Shown: positions 9,319 through 18,453 of the stretch, piece after piece
Numbering within the stretch: position 1 is the stretch's first letter
Layout: each line of letters starts with the position of its first letter
Source: an uncultured Enterobacteriaceae bacterium
GTDB taxonomy: Bacteria > Pseudomonadota > Gammaproteobacteria > Burkholderiales > SG8-39
Reading direction: 5' to 3'
Length of the DNA: 64,000 nucleotides
Assembly: GCA_964576525.1 (NCBI GenBank)
Contig: CAZNVH010000002.1
Span: forward strand, 4,121 to 68,120
Notes under the pieces: model-generated
The model's database searches: none
Told to the model about the DNA's origin: nothing
What the model saw: only the letters and a program-made list of their open reading frames with translations
Position numbers and translations under genes: made by a program

Positions 9319-10225
9319 CTTTCCGGAACAGTCCTGCCAGCCCTTCGGGCTTGAACAGCACCACCAGCATGAAGAGCAGCCCGTACCACAGGAGCCAGGT
9401 CTCGGTATAGGCGCCGAGCAGGTCGCGCGCGACGAAGAACAGCACCACGCCGAGCACCGGCCCCCAGAACGACACCAGGCCGCCGCCGATCAGCGCCATC
9501 ATCACCACGAAGCCCGACTGGTGCAGGCTCATGACGTTGGGATACGCCGACTGCTGCGCCAGCGCGAACAGGCCGCCGGCGAGCCCGGCGACCAGCGCCG
9601 AGAGCGTGAAGGCAAGCCACTTGTAGATCCACACGTGGTAGCCGACGAAGCGGGCGCGCGTCTCGTTCTGCCGGATCGCGGCGAGCACGCGGCCGAACGG
9701 CGAGTGCTGCAGGCGCCACAGGAACAGGACCGCGACCACGAATATTGCGAAGCAGAAGTAGTACAGGCTGTTCAAGTCCGCCAGGAACGCGGGCCGTTTG
9801 ATGTTCAGGAGCCCATCCTCGCCGCGCGTGACGCTATGCCACTTGATCGCCACGAACCAGAAGATCTGGCCGAAGGCGATGGTGAGCAGCGCGTAGTAGA
9901 TGCCGCGGCGGTGCGAGATGAACAGCCCGACGAGCGCACCGGCGATCGCGCCGGCCAGCACTGCCCCTCCAAGAGAAATCCATAAGCCGCTTCCCCAATG
10001 GATCTGCGACAAGCCAAAAGCGTAGGCGCCGACGCCGAAGTAGGCGCCGTGGCCGAAGGACGGCAGGCCGGCGGTGCCGAGCAGCAGGTTGAAGCCGAGC
10101 GCGTAGATCACCCAGATCATCACCTCGACCCCCAGATACGGGTACAGGCCCACTGCCTTGATCCAGAAAGGCAAGGTGCCGAAAGCGACGCAGGTCGCCA
10201 AAAGCGGTAGGAGCCGTTGCAACAT
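9293..10225 (-). CDS. livM: branched-chain-amino-acid-type ABC transporter permease
   Basis: 310-aa polytopic ORF with LivM-like stretches (GLPSFGHGAYFGVGAY). Confidence 0.88.
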   Translation of the reverse strand: MLQRLLPLLATCVAFGTLPFWIKAVGLYPYLGVEVMIWVIYALGFNLLLGTAGLPSFGHGAYFGVGAYAFGLSQIHWGSGLWISLGGAVLAGAIAGALVGLFISHRRGIYYALLTIAFGQIFWFVAIKWHSVTRGEDGLLNIKRPAFLADLNSLYYFCFAIFVVAVLFLWRLQHSPFGRVLAAIRQNETRARFVGYHVWIYKWLAFTLSALVAGLAGGLFALAQQSAYPNVMSLHQSGFVVMMALIGGGLVSFWGPVLGVVLFFVARDLLGAYTETWLLWYGLLFMLVVLFKPEGLAGLFRKDVRSHAPA

Positions 10226-10244
10226 TTGTTCTGTAGTAGTATTG

Positions 10245-10256
10245 TTCTAGAACATT
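10245..10256. promoter_or_regulatory. perfect 12-bp palindrome TGTTCTAGAACA in the AT-rich divergent livM/rpiR intergenic region (candidate operator)
   Basis: Seen directly in the only non-coding stretch between the divergent operons. The function is inferred. Confidence 0.35.
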
Positions 10257-10280
10257 CATTCTAAAGTCAAGCGCGACCCG

Positions 10281-11117
10281 ATGCCCGCCACCGCTCGCAG
10301 CTACGATGAGCTGAAAGGCAGCCTTTCCCGGCTGTACCCGGGAATGTCGCCGCAGCTGCAGCGCATCGCCACCTTCGCCCTCGAGCACCCGCAGGACATG
10401 GCGCTCGATACCGTGGCAACGCTCGCCCGCGGCGTCGGCGTGCAGCCCTCCGCCGTGGTGCGCTTCGCGCAGGCGCTCGGCTACGGGGGTTTCTCCGACT
10501 TGCAGCGCGTGTTCCGCGGCCGCCTGGTCGAGCGCTCGAACCATTCGCCCGGGCTGCACAACTACCGCGAACGCATCGTTGCGTTCCGCGCCGACCAGGC
10601 GCGCCCGGGCCCCGGGGGCGTCCTCGCGCAGTTCATCACCGACGGCATCGCGTCGCTCGAGCGGCTCCACGAGCAGGTGTCGCCGGCGGACCTGACGGCC
10701 GCCGTGCGCATCCTGTCCGCGGCGAAAACGATTTACACGCTGGGCCAACGCCGCTCTTTCACCGTGGCGTACTACCTGGCGTATGCGCTCACCCAGCTCG
10801 ACCTGAATGCCCACCTGCTCGACTCGCTCGGCGGCATGCTGCGCGACCGCGCGGAGCTCATCGGGCCCAAGGACGCGCTGATCGTCATGTCCTTCAAGAA
10901 CTACACCGCCGAGGTGATCGAGGTCGCGCAGGCCTGCCACGCGCGCAAGGTTCCGGTGATCGCGATCACCGACAACGCGCTTTCGCCGCTCGTGCGCCAC
11001 GCCAGCGTGTGCTTCCAGATCGAGGAGAAGGCGTCGAAGCCGCTCGGCATGCTTGCCGGGCCGGTGTGCTTCGCGCAGGCGCTGGTCGTTGCGGTAGGAG
11101 AGCAAATCTCAAAATGA
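10281..11117 (+). CDS. MurR/RpiR-family transcriptional regulator (HTH + SIS domain)
   Basis: 278 aa. N-terminal HTH (LQRIATFALEHPQDMALDTVATLARGVGVQPSAVVRFAQALGY) and a C-terminal SIS-like part. Confidence 0.9.
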   Translation: MPATARSYDELKGSLSRLYPGMSPQLQRIATFALEHPQDMALDTVATLARGVGVQPSAVVRFAQALGYGGFSDLQRVFRGRLVERSNHSPGLHNYRERIVAFRADQARPGPGGVLAQFITDGIASLERLHEQVSPADLTAAVRILSAAKTIYTLGQRRSFTVAYYLAYALTQLDLNAHLLDSLGGMLRDRAELIGPKDALIVMSFKNYTAEVIEVAQACHARKVPVIAITDNALSPLVRHASVCFQIEEKASKPLGMLAGPVCFAQALVVAVGEQISK

Positions 11118-12016
11118 CACTGCAAAAGATCGGCTTCATCGGCCTGGGACTCATGGGCCACGGCATGGCCAAGAACCTCCTCAAGAAGGGCCATCCGCTT
11201 TCGTTCCTGGTCCACCGCAACCGCTCGAACATCAGCGACCTGCTGGACTTGAAAGCCAAAGAACTGAAAACGGCCGCGGAGATCGCCAAGGAGAGCGACG
11301 TCGTCATCCTGTGCGTCACCGGCACGCCGCAGGTCGAGGCGAACGTGTACGGCGCCGACGGCCTGCTCGCCGGCTGCCGCCCGGGGCAGATCGTCATCGA
11401 CTGCTCGACGGCGATGCCGGAGTCGACCGAGCGCATCCGCGCCGACTTCCAGGCGAAGGGCGTGCGCTTCGTCGACGCGCCGCTCGCGCGCACGCCGCAG
11501 GCGGCCGAGGAAGGCAAGCTCAACTGCATGGTTGGCGCCGACCCGGACATCTTCGCGGCGGTCAAGCCGGTGCTGGAGAAGTTCTGCGAGAACATCTTCC
11601 ACGTCGGCGGCCCGGGAACCGGGCACAAGATCAAGCTGGTCTACAACTTCGTCGCCATGGGGCACGCCGCGATCACCTGCGAGGCGCTCGCCGCCTGCGC
11701 GCGGGTCGGCATCGACGGCGAGGCGTTCTACAAGCTGGTCTCGGCGGGCGGCGCCAACTCCAACATGTTCCAGATGGTGGTGCCGAAGGCGTTGCAGGGC
11801 GACCTCACCGGCCTGATGTTCACCCTGGGCAACGCCAAGAAGGACATCGGTTACTACCAGCAGATGGTGGCGGGAGCACCGCTTGCCGGTCCCATGGGAT
11901 CGGCGCTCCACCAGGTGCTGGTGCAGGCGAACGCGCTCGGCCTCGGCGAGAAGTTCGTCCCGTCTTTGATCGAGGCCTACGAGAGGGTCAACGGACTGAA
12001 AGTCGTCAAACGCTGA
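11114..12016 (+). CDS. NAD(P)-dependent oxidoreductase, 3-hydroxyisobutyrate dehydrogenase family
   Basis: Start MTLQKIGFIGLGLMGHGMA (Rossmann GxGxxG). ATGA overlap with the rpiR stop. Confidence 0.88.
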   Translation: MTLQKIGFIGLGLMGHGMAKNLLKKGHPLSFLVHRNRSNISDLLDLKAKELKTAAEIAKESDVVILCVTGTPQVEANVYGADGLLAGCRPGQIVIDCSTAMPESTERIRADFQAKGVRFVDAPLARTPQAAEEGKLNCMVGADPDIFAAVKPVLEKFCENIFHVGGPGTGHKIKLVYNFVAMGHAAITCEALAACARVGIDGEAFYKLVSAGGANSNMFQMVVPKALQGDLTGLMFTLGNAKKDIGYYQQMVAGAPLAGPMGSALHQVLVQANALGLGEKFVPSLIEAYERVNGLKVVKR

Positions 12017-12026
12017 AGGAGGAGTC

Positions 12027-13295
12027 ATGAAGCGCAGAAAGCTATTGCAGATGCTGGCCGCAGGCGCCGCGTTCTACGGTCCCTGGAAGGTGCACCACGC
12101 CTGGGCGCAAGCCGGGCAGAAGAAGCCGCTGGTGATCGGCCTCACCATGGACGCGAGCGGCCAGTTCGGCGCGAGCGGCATGGACGAGCGCCTCGGCGCG
12201 ATGCTCGCGATCCGCGAGTTCAACGACAAGGGCGGCGTGCTCGGGCGCCGCATCGAGGCGCTGCACATGGACACGGAGACCACCCCGGCCACGGGCTCGC
12301 GCATCGCCGAGCGCATGATCACGCGCAACGAGGCCGCGGTGCTGATCGGCGCGGTGCATTCCGGCGTGGCCAACGCCATCTCGCAGGTGGCGCAGAAGTA
12401 CGGCACGGTGTTCTTCAACACCAACTCGAGCTCGCCCACCGAGGCCGGCCGCGACTGCCACCGGGTCAAGTTCGTCTGGGACGGCAACGGCACCAACTTC
12501 AACCACGCCATCGTCAAGAACGCGCTGCGGGTGAACGGCCGCAACTGGGTGCTGCTGACCAACGACTACGTCTGGGGTCACAACACCTCGAAATCGACGC
12601 GCGCGCTGGTCGAGGCGAACGGCGGCAAGGTGGTCGACGAGCTGATGGTGCCGCAGAACACGCGCGACTTCAGCTCGTTCCTGCTCAAGCTGCAGCAGAT
12701 CAAGCCCCACGTGGTGGCCACCGCGGTCGGCGGCGACGACATCAAGGCGCTGCGCCAGCAGGTGGTCCAGAGCAAGCTCGACAAGCGCTTCGCCTGGATC
12801 AACAACCAGCAGGACTGGCCCGACGTCTACGGCCTGGGGCCCGACGCGGTGTTCGGTGTCTTCGGCACCACCTGGTACTACCGGCTGGACCTGCCGGGCG
12901 TAAAGGAGTTCGTCGCCAAGTACCAGAAGACCTATCCGGGCGTGCAGATCAAGGTTCCGGGCAACGTGTTCCTCAACGGCTACCTCGCTACCCGCGAGTA
13001 CCTGCGTGTCGTCGAGGAAACGGGCAGCACCAACAACATCGCCGTGATCAAGAAGCTGGAGGGCCGCAAGATGTCCGCGGCCGACCGCATGCAGCACCAC
13101 GATGCGTGGATCGATGCAGCCACGCACCAGGTGCAGCAGACGATCTACATGGCGAGCTACAACGACGCGCCCGCCGAAAAGGACGACATCTTCAAGATCC
13201 TGACGAGCGTGCCGCCGCAGGAAGTGGTGGACCAGGACGCCCCGAAGGCCTGCAAGCTGGAAACCTACGAGTCCACACCCAGCTACGAAGCCTGA
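12027..13295 (+). CDS. ABC transporter substrate-binding protein (Leu/Ile/Val-binding-protein family)
   Basis: 422 aa with a signal-like N-terminus (RRKLLQMLAAGAAFYGPWKVHHAWAQ) and a type-I periplasmic binding fold pattern. Confidence 0.9.
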   Translation: MKRRKLLQMLAAGAAFYGPWKVHHAWAQAGQKKPLVIGLTMDASGQFGASGMDERLGAMLAIREFNDKGGVLGRRIEALHMDTETTPATGSRIAERMITRNEAAVLIGAVHSGVANAISQVAQKYGTVFFNTNSSSPTEAGRDCHRVKFVWDGNGTNFNHAIVKNALRVNGRNWVLLTNDYVWGHNTSKSTRALVEANGGKVVDELMVPQNTRDFSSFLLKLQQIKPHVVATAVGGDDIKALRQQVVQSKLDKRFAWINNQQDWPDVYGLGPDAVFGVFGTTWYYRLDLPGVKEFVAKYQKTYPGVQIKVPGNVFLNGYLATREYLRVVEETGSTNNIAVIKKLEGRKMSAADRMQHHDAWIDAATHQVQQTIYMASYNDAPAEKDDIFKILTSVPPQEVVDQDAPKACKLETYESTPSYEA

Positions 13296-13297
13296 AG

Positions 13298-14176
13298 TTG
13301 GACTTTGCAGTCAACCTCCTCCCTCACCTCCTGAACGGGGTGAGCCTGGGGCTGCTGTTTGCTCTCATAGCCCTGGGCTTCATGCTGATCGTGGGGGTGA
13401 TGGAGGTCATCAACCTGGCGCACGGCTCGTTCTTCGCGCTGGGCGCGTATGTCGCGATTTTTCTGCTGGGTTTGAAGTTTCCCTTTTATGCGGTTTTTTT
13501 CCTCGCGCCATTGTTGGTCGCCATCCTGGGCATGCTGCTCGAAGTCTGCATGCGCCGGACGTACGGCAAGGACGCGCTCTACGGCCTGCTGCTCACCTTC
13601 GGCGCGGCGCTGGTGATCGAGGAGATGATCCGGCTGGTGTGGGGCTCGGGCGAGAAGCAGCTCATCCCGCCGCCCGAGTTGTCCGGCGCCATGCTGGTCG
13701 GCGGCCTGATCTACGCCAAGTACCGCCTCTACGCGAGCCTGGCTGCCATTGGCCTGATTCTGTTCCTGTGGTTGTTTCTGCAGAAAACCCCCTACGGCGC
13801 CATGATCAAGGCCGGCGCGCATGACTCGGAGATGGTGCGCGCGCTCGGCATCAACCTGACACGGCTGCGGCTGTTCGTGTTCGCCCTCGGCACGGCGCTC
13901 GCCGCGATCGCCGGCATCGTGCTCGCGCCGATCTGGGGCGTACGGCCGCACATGGGCGTCGACGCCGTGATCCCGGCGTTCCTGATCATCGTGCTGGGCG
14001 GCGTCGGCAGCTTCTGGGGCGCGGTGCTCGCCGGCATCCTGGTCGGCATCGTCGTCGGCGTCACCGGCGCCTACGCCTCGGAATGGTCGCTGCTCTCCAT
14101 GTACCTGCTCCTCATCGCGCTGGTGACGTTCCGCGCGAGGGGCCTGTTCGGCAAGAAGACCGCGCTTGAAAACTGA
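13298..14176 (+). CDS. livH: branched-chain-amino-acid-type ABC transporter permease
   Basis: (L/M)DFAVNLLPHLLNGVSLGLLFALIALG is a typical LivH N-terminus. The inferred TTG start at 13298 lies 3 nt after the SBP stop. The longer track ORF (13106) overlaps the SBP. Confidence 0.8.
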   Translation: MDFAVNLLPHLLNGVSLGLLFALIALGFMLIVGVMEVINLAHGSFFALGAYVAIFLLGLKFPFYAVFFLAPLLVAILGMLLEVCMRRTYGKDALYGLLLTFGAALVIEEMIRLVWGSGEKQLIPPPELSGAMLVGGLIYAKYRLYASLAAIGLILFLWLFLQKTPYGAMIKAGAHDSEMVRALGINLTRLRLFVFALGTALAAIAGIVLAPIWGVRPHMGVDAVIPAFLIIVLGGVGSFWGAVLAGILVGIVVGVTGAYASEWSLLSMYLLLIALVTFRARGLFGKKTALEN

Positions 14177-14858
14177 GCTCAAGGGAAAAACCGCCGTCGT
14201 CACCGGCGCCTCGGGGACGATGGGGCGCGCGGTAGTTTCGTTCCTCAAGGAGGACGGCCTGAACGTGATCGGCCTGGACGTGAAGGGCGATTGCCTTCAG
14301 TGCGACATCAGTGATGCTGTTTCTGTAAAGCAGGCAATAAAGCAGATCGGCCATGTCGACGTATTGGTCAACAATGCCGGCATCCTCTCCAACAACAAGG
14401 CCGAGGCCACGACGCCCGACGAATGGCACAGGGTGCTCGCCGCCAACCTCGACGGCGCGTTCTACCTCGCCCGCGAGGTGATTCCCGGCATGAAGGCGCG
14501 GCGCTGGGGACGCATCGTCAACACCTGCTCGCTCGCCGCGAAGACCGGCGGGCTGACCGCGGGCACCGCCTACTCGGTGTCCAAGGGCGCTCTCACCTCG
14601 CTCACCTTCTCGCTGGCGCGCGAGCTGGCGCCGTTCGGCGTCACCGTCAACGGCATCTCACCCTCCTACGTGCGGACGCCGATGGTGACCGAGCAGCTCA
14701 CCGAGGCGCAGCGCCAGGCGCTCATCGCCCAGATCCCGGTCGGGCGCTTCTGCGAGCCCGAGGAATTCGCGCACGTCGTGCGCTTCCTCGTTTCGCCCCT
14801 CGCCGGCTTCATTACCGGCGAGATCGTCGACCTCAACGGCGGATTGTTGATGGACTGA
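14166..14858 (+). CDS. SDR-family oxidoreductase
   Basis: TGASGTMG cofactor motif, NNAG, and the catalytic YSVSK. Confidence 0.85.
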   Translation: MKTELKGKTAVVTGASGTMGRAVVSFLKEDGLNVIGLDVKGDCLQCDISDAVSVKQAIKQIGHVDVLVNNAGILSNNKAEATTPDEWHRVLAANLDGAFYLAREVIPGMKARRWGRIVNTCSLAAKTGGLTAGTAYSVSKGALTSLTFSLARELAPFGVTVNGISPSYVRTPMVTEQLTEAQRQALIAQIPVGRFCEPEEFAHVVRFLVSPLAGFITGEIVDLNGGLLMD

Positions 14859-15583
14859 TGATGCTCAAAGGGAAAATCGCATTCGTCCCCGGAGGCTACG
14901 GCGGCATCGGCCGTGCGGTCTGCCGCGCGCTCGCGCAGGTGGGCGCCAAGGTCATCGTCGCGGGGAGGGATTTTTCAAAAGCCTCCCGCCTTGCGAAGAG
15001 CATCCGTGGAATTCCCTTGAAGGTCGATGTGCGCGATACCCCGTCCATCGAGAAAGCACTCAAGCCCTTCCGCCGCATCGACCTGTTCGTCAACTGCGCC
15101 GGCGTCAGCCGCGAGGAAGCGCTCGACGCGGTCACCGAGGCCGCGTGGGACGAAGTGCTCGGCACGAACCTCAAGGCGGCCATGTTCCTCGCGCAGGCGG
15201 TGGCGCGGCGCCAGAAGCGCGGCGGCAAGCAGGTGCACCTGCTGTCGGTGCGGGCGCAGCTCGGGCTACGCGGCCGCGGCTATTCCACGTACTGCACGAG
15301 CAAGGGCGGCCTAGTCATGCTCGTGAAGCAGCATGCGGCCGAGCTCGGGCCCCGGGGCATCTGCGTGAACGGCGTGGCGCCGACCGTGGTGCGCACCGAG
15401 ATGGGCGCCCACTGGCTGAAAAACCCGAAGACGCGCGCGTGGCTCGCGCAGCGCATTCCGCTCGGACGCGTCGCCGAGCCGGCGGATGTCTCGGGTGCGG
15501 TGCTGTTCTTCTGCTCCGCGGCGGCCGACTATGTTACTGGGCAGATCCTGTACGTTGATGGAGGCCTGACGGCTTCGCAATAG
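14858..15583 (+). CDS. SDR-family oxidoreductase
   Basis: Start MMLKGKIAFVPGGYGGIG overlaps the upstream stop by 1 nt. Has the YCTSK catalytic motif. Confidence 0.85.
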   Translation: MMLKGKIAFVPGGYGGIGRAVCRALAQVGAKVIVAGRDFSKASRLAKSIRGIPLKVDVRDTPSIEKALKPFRRIDLFVNCAGVSREEALDAVTEAAWDEVLGTNLKAAMFLAQAVARRQKRGGKQVHLLSVRAQLGLRGRGYSTYCTSKGGLVMLVKQHAAELGPRGICVNGVAPTVVRTEMGAHWLKNPKTRAWLAQRIPLGRVAEPADVSGAVLFFCSAAADYVTGQILYVDGGLTASQ

Positions 15584-16667
15584 CCGCGTTGACGCGCGGC
15601 ATGACCTGCTCGGCCATCAGCTGCATCGAGCGCTTCTCGAGCCTGGCATCGACCCAGTCCATGCCGGCGTACACCAGCTCGCCGAAGTCGCCGGTCTGCT
15701 CGCGCAACGCCAGGATCTGGTCGACCACCTTGTTCACCGTGCCGTACATGCACAGGCGATCGAGCACGAAGTCGTAGGTGATCTCGCTGTCGGGCTGGTC
15801 CATGCGCTCCTTGAACACCGCGTGGCGCCCGGCCTTGGTCAGCTTGGTCTGCAGCTGCTTGTAGTAGAAGCGGTAAGGGCTGTTGGCGTCGTGGCGGCCG
15901 TACGCCGCGGCGACCTTGTCGTCGTCGGCGACGAACAGCGTGCGCGCGACGCGCCATTCCGCCGGGTCGGGCTTGATGCCGGCCTTGGTCTTGCCCTCGG
16001 CGTAGTTGGTCCAGTGCGTCTTCAGCCAGTGCGGCAGCAGGAAATTCGCCGACAGCGGGTGGAAGTCGCGCTCGCCCATGATCACCACGCCCTTCGAGAA
16101 CGGCGCCACCACGGTGCCGACGATCTCGGGCCGCGGCTTCTGGTAGGGCGTCGGCATGATGCCGGTGCCCATGGCGGGATCGAAGTTCTTGCGCGTAGTC
16201 ACCTTGTAGCGGTTGCCGGGGAAGTCGATGTCGTAAGGCGGCTCGCGCTCCCAGATCGCCAGGATCACGTCGATCGCCTCGGCGAACATCTTGTTGCGGT
16301 CCTGCTCGAGGATGCCGATCGCTTCCGCATCCGAGGGCAGCGCGCCCGGGCTGACCCCGAGGATGAAGCGCCCCTGCGCCAGGTGGTCGAACATCGCCGC
16401 CTGCGCCGCCACCAGCGCCGGGTGCTGCTGCGACAGGTTGCAGGTGCCGGTGCCGAGCTTGATGGTCTTGGTCGAGTGGATCAGCGTGGCGAGGAACAGC
16501 AGCGAGTTGGTGATGTTCTCGGCCTTGTCGGTGAGGTGCTCGCCGATGAAGGCGTCGTGGTAGCCGAGCTGGTCGGCGAGGATCACCGTCTCCCGGTCTT
16601 CCTTGAGCGTCACGCTGGGGTCCCGGTGCAGGGGGTGCACCGGCATCATGAATATCCCGAGCTTCAT
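15534..16667 (-). CDS. LLM-class (luciferase-like) flavin-dependent oxidoreductase
   Basis: Start MKLGIFMMPVHP is typical of LLM proteins. The longer ORF reaching 16739 would overlap the mnmC start region. Confidence 0.85.
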   Translation of the reverse strand: MKLGIFMMPVHPLHRDPSVTLKEDRETVILADQLGYHDAFIGEHLTDKAENITNSLLFLATLIHSTKTIKLGTGTCNLSQQHPALVAAQAAMFDHLAQGRFILGVSPGALPSDAEAIGILEQDRNKMFAEAIDVILAIWEREPPYDIDFPGNRYKVTTRKNFDPAMGTGIMPTPYQKPRPEIVGTVVAPFSKGVVIMGERDFHPLSANFLLPHWLKTHWTNYAEGKTKAGIKPDPAEWRVARTLFVADDDKVAAAYGRHDANSPYRFYYKQLQTKLTKAGRHAVFKERMDQPDSEITYDFVLDRLCMYGTVNKVVDQILALREQTGDFGELVYAGMDWVDARLEKRSMQLMAEQVMPRVNAAIAKPSGLHQRTGSAQ

Positions 16668-16692
16668 CCGCGGGATTCTATACTCCGCCGCC

Positions 16693-18453
16693 ATGCCCGA
16701 AGCCCTGATCCCGGCGACCCTGCGGTTCCACGAGGGCACGCCCTATTCCGACGCCTTCGGCGACGTCTACCACAACGCCAACGGCGGCATCGAGAAGAAG
16801 CGGCACGTGTTCCTCGGCGGCAATGGCCTGCCGCAGCGCTGGGCCGGCCGCGAGCGCTTCGTGATTCTCGAGACCGGCTTCGGCCTGGGCCTCAACTTCC
16901 TGGTCACCCTGCAGGCCTGGCGCAACGACCCGGCGCGCTGCCGGCGGCTGCACTTCGTCGCGGTCGAAAAGCATCCGTTTTCCCTGCGGGACCTCCGGAC
17001 GCTTCACGCGCGGTACCCCGAAGTGGAAAAAGAAGCGGCCGAGCTGCATGCCCGCTGGCCCATGCTCGTCCCGGGAGGGCACCGTGTGGAACTCGAGAAC
17101 GGGAGAGTGGTCCTCACGCTGTTCTTTGCCGACGTCAAGGTGCTGCGCGACCTCAGGCTCGCGGCCGACGCCTTCTACCTCGACGGCTTCTCGCCGGCGA
17201 AAAACGCCGACATGTGGTCGCCGGCGGCGTTCCGCGCGCTGTCGCGGCTCGCCGCGCCGGGCGCCACGGCGGCGACCTGGAGCGTCGCCGGGCCGGTGCG
17301 GCACGCCCTCGAAGAGACCGGCTTCGCGGTCGAGAAGCGGCCCGGCTTCGGCAACAAGAAGGAAATGCTGGTGGCGCGGAACATCCGACCGGGGAGTGGG
17401 AGTGGATTTTCCGGAGAAAGAAAAGCTGCGGTTATCGGCGCCGGCCTGGCCGGCGCGGCGGTGTGCGAGCGGCTGTGCGCGCGCGGCTGGGAGGTGGACC
17501 TGTACGAGCGCCACGCCGCGCCCGCGCAGGAAGCCTCGGGCAACCACGCCGGGACGTTCCACCCGGTCGTGACGCCGGACGACAGCCTGTTCGCGCGGCT
17601 CACGCGCGCGGGATTCCTCGCTTCGCTTTCACATTTCAGAAAACTAGCGGAACTTCGCTGGGACCCCTGCGGCGTCCTGCAGCTCGCGCGCGACGCGCGC
17701 GAGGAAGCCTCGCAGCGCGCGTCGATCGCCGCGCTCGCCCTGCCGCCGGAGTACGCGCAGTACGCGACGCGCGAGGAGGCTTCGGCGCACGCCGGCGTGC
17801 CGGTGGCGGCAAGCGGCCTGTGGTTCCCGCAGGGCGGATGGATCAAGCCTTCGAGCCTGGTGCGCGCGCAGTTGGAGGCTTGTGGCACTCGATTGAGATC
17901 TTTTTTCGGAAAAGAGCTTTCTGTGCTGCCGGAAGCGCCGGTCGTCATCCTCGCCAATTCCGCCGGGGCGCCGAAGCTGCACCCAGTGCCGCAGCTGCGG
18001 CTGCGCAAGGTGCGCGGCCAGCTCACCTACGTCCCGGCCGACGCCATCGAAGCGCCGCGCGCCGTGGTGCTGCGCGGCGGCATGGTGCTGCCGCCGGTCG
18101 ACGGCCTGTGCATGGTCGGCGCCAGCTACGACCTCGACGACGACGACCCCGCGCCGCGCGCCGAAAGCGACCGCGGCAACCTCGAGCGGCTGGAGAAAAT
18201 CCTCGGCACGAAGGTAAAAATTGCGCAATTCGACAGCCGGGTCGGTTTCCGCTCGGTGACGCCTGATAGATTGCCGGTCGTGGGGAAAATCGCGGAAAAC
18301 GTCTACGGCGCCTTCGCCTACGGCTCGCGCGGGCTGGTCTGGTCCGCGCTCGCCGCGGAGCTGATCGCCTCCGAGCTCGACGGCGAGCCGCTGCCGCTGG
18401 AAGCGAAGCTCGCCGACGCCTTGCACCCGGACCGCTTCGGGAAAAAGAGATGA
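16693..18453 (+). CDS. mnmC: bifunctional tRNA (mnm5s2U34) methyltransferase / FAD-dependent cmnm5s2U34 oxidoreductase
   Basis: N-terminal MnmC methyltransferase-like block (FVILETGFGLGLNFL, FYLDGFSP) plus a C-terminal DAO-type FAD domain (AVIGAGLAGAA). Confidence 0.88.
   Translation: MPEALIPATLRFHEGTPYSDAFGDVYHNANGGIEKKRHVFLGGNGLPQRWAGRERFVILETGFGLGLNFLVTLQAWRNDPARCRRLHFVAVEKHPFSLRDLRTLHARYPEVEKEAAELHARWPMLVPGGHRVELENGRVVLTLFFADVKVLRDLRLAADAFYLDGFSPAKNADMWSPAAFRALSRLAAPGATAATWSVAGPVRHALEETGFAVEKRPGFGNKKEMLVARNIRPGSGSGFSGERKAAVIGAGLAGAAVCERLCARGWEVDLYERHAAPAQEASGNHAGTFHPVVTPDDSLFARLTRAGFLASLSHFRKLAELRWDPCGVLQLARDAREEASQRASIAALALPPEYAQYATREEASAHAGVPVAASGLWFPQGGWIKPSSLVRAQLEACGTRLRSFFGKELSVLPEAPVVILANSAGAPKLHPVPQLRLRKVRGQLTYVPADAIEAPRAVVLRGGMVLPPVDGLCMVGASYDLDDDDPAPRAESDRGNLERLEKILGTKVKIAQFDSRVGFRSVTPDRLPVVGKIAENVYGAFAYGSRGLVWSALAAELIASELDGEPLPLEAKLADALHPDRFGKKR

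Noticed and set aside
15534-15583. Convergent 3'-end overlaps (SDR/LLM 15534-15583; cupin/dtd 40961-41025; dehydratase/TRAP permease 46828-46887) as possible antisense regulation.
   Set aside because: Stop codons are rare in high-GC genomes, so C-terminal tails often run into the neighbouring gene. The overlapping tails look low-complexity. No extra structure supports a regulatory role.
15822-18266. 814-aa ORF on the plus strand, plus similar giant ORFs (18318-20966 minus, 882 aa; 25191-27137 minus, 648 aa; 46799-48721 minus, 640 aa; 46912-48807 plus, 631 aa; 54299-56713 plus upstream part; 27643-29232 minus; 42626-44395 upstream part).
   Set aside because: Their translations are Arg/Ala/Gly/Pro-rich low-complexity strings typical of off-frame or antisense reading in high-GC DNA. 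Each overlaps a gene with clear family motifs in another frame, so they are shadow ORFs or read-through extensions.
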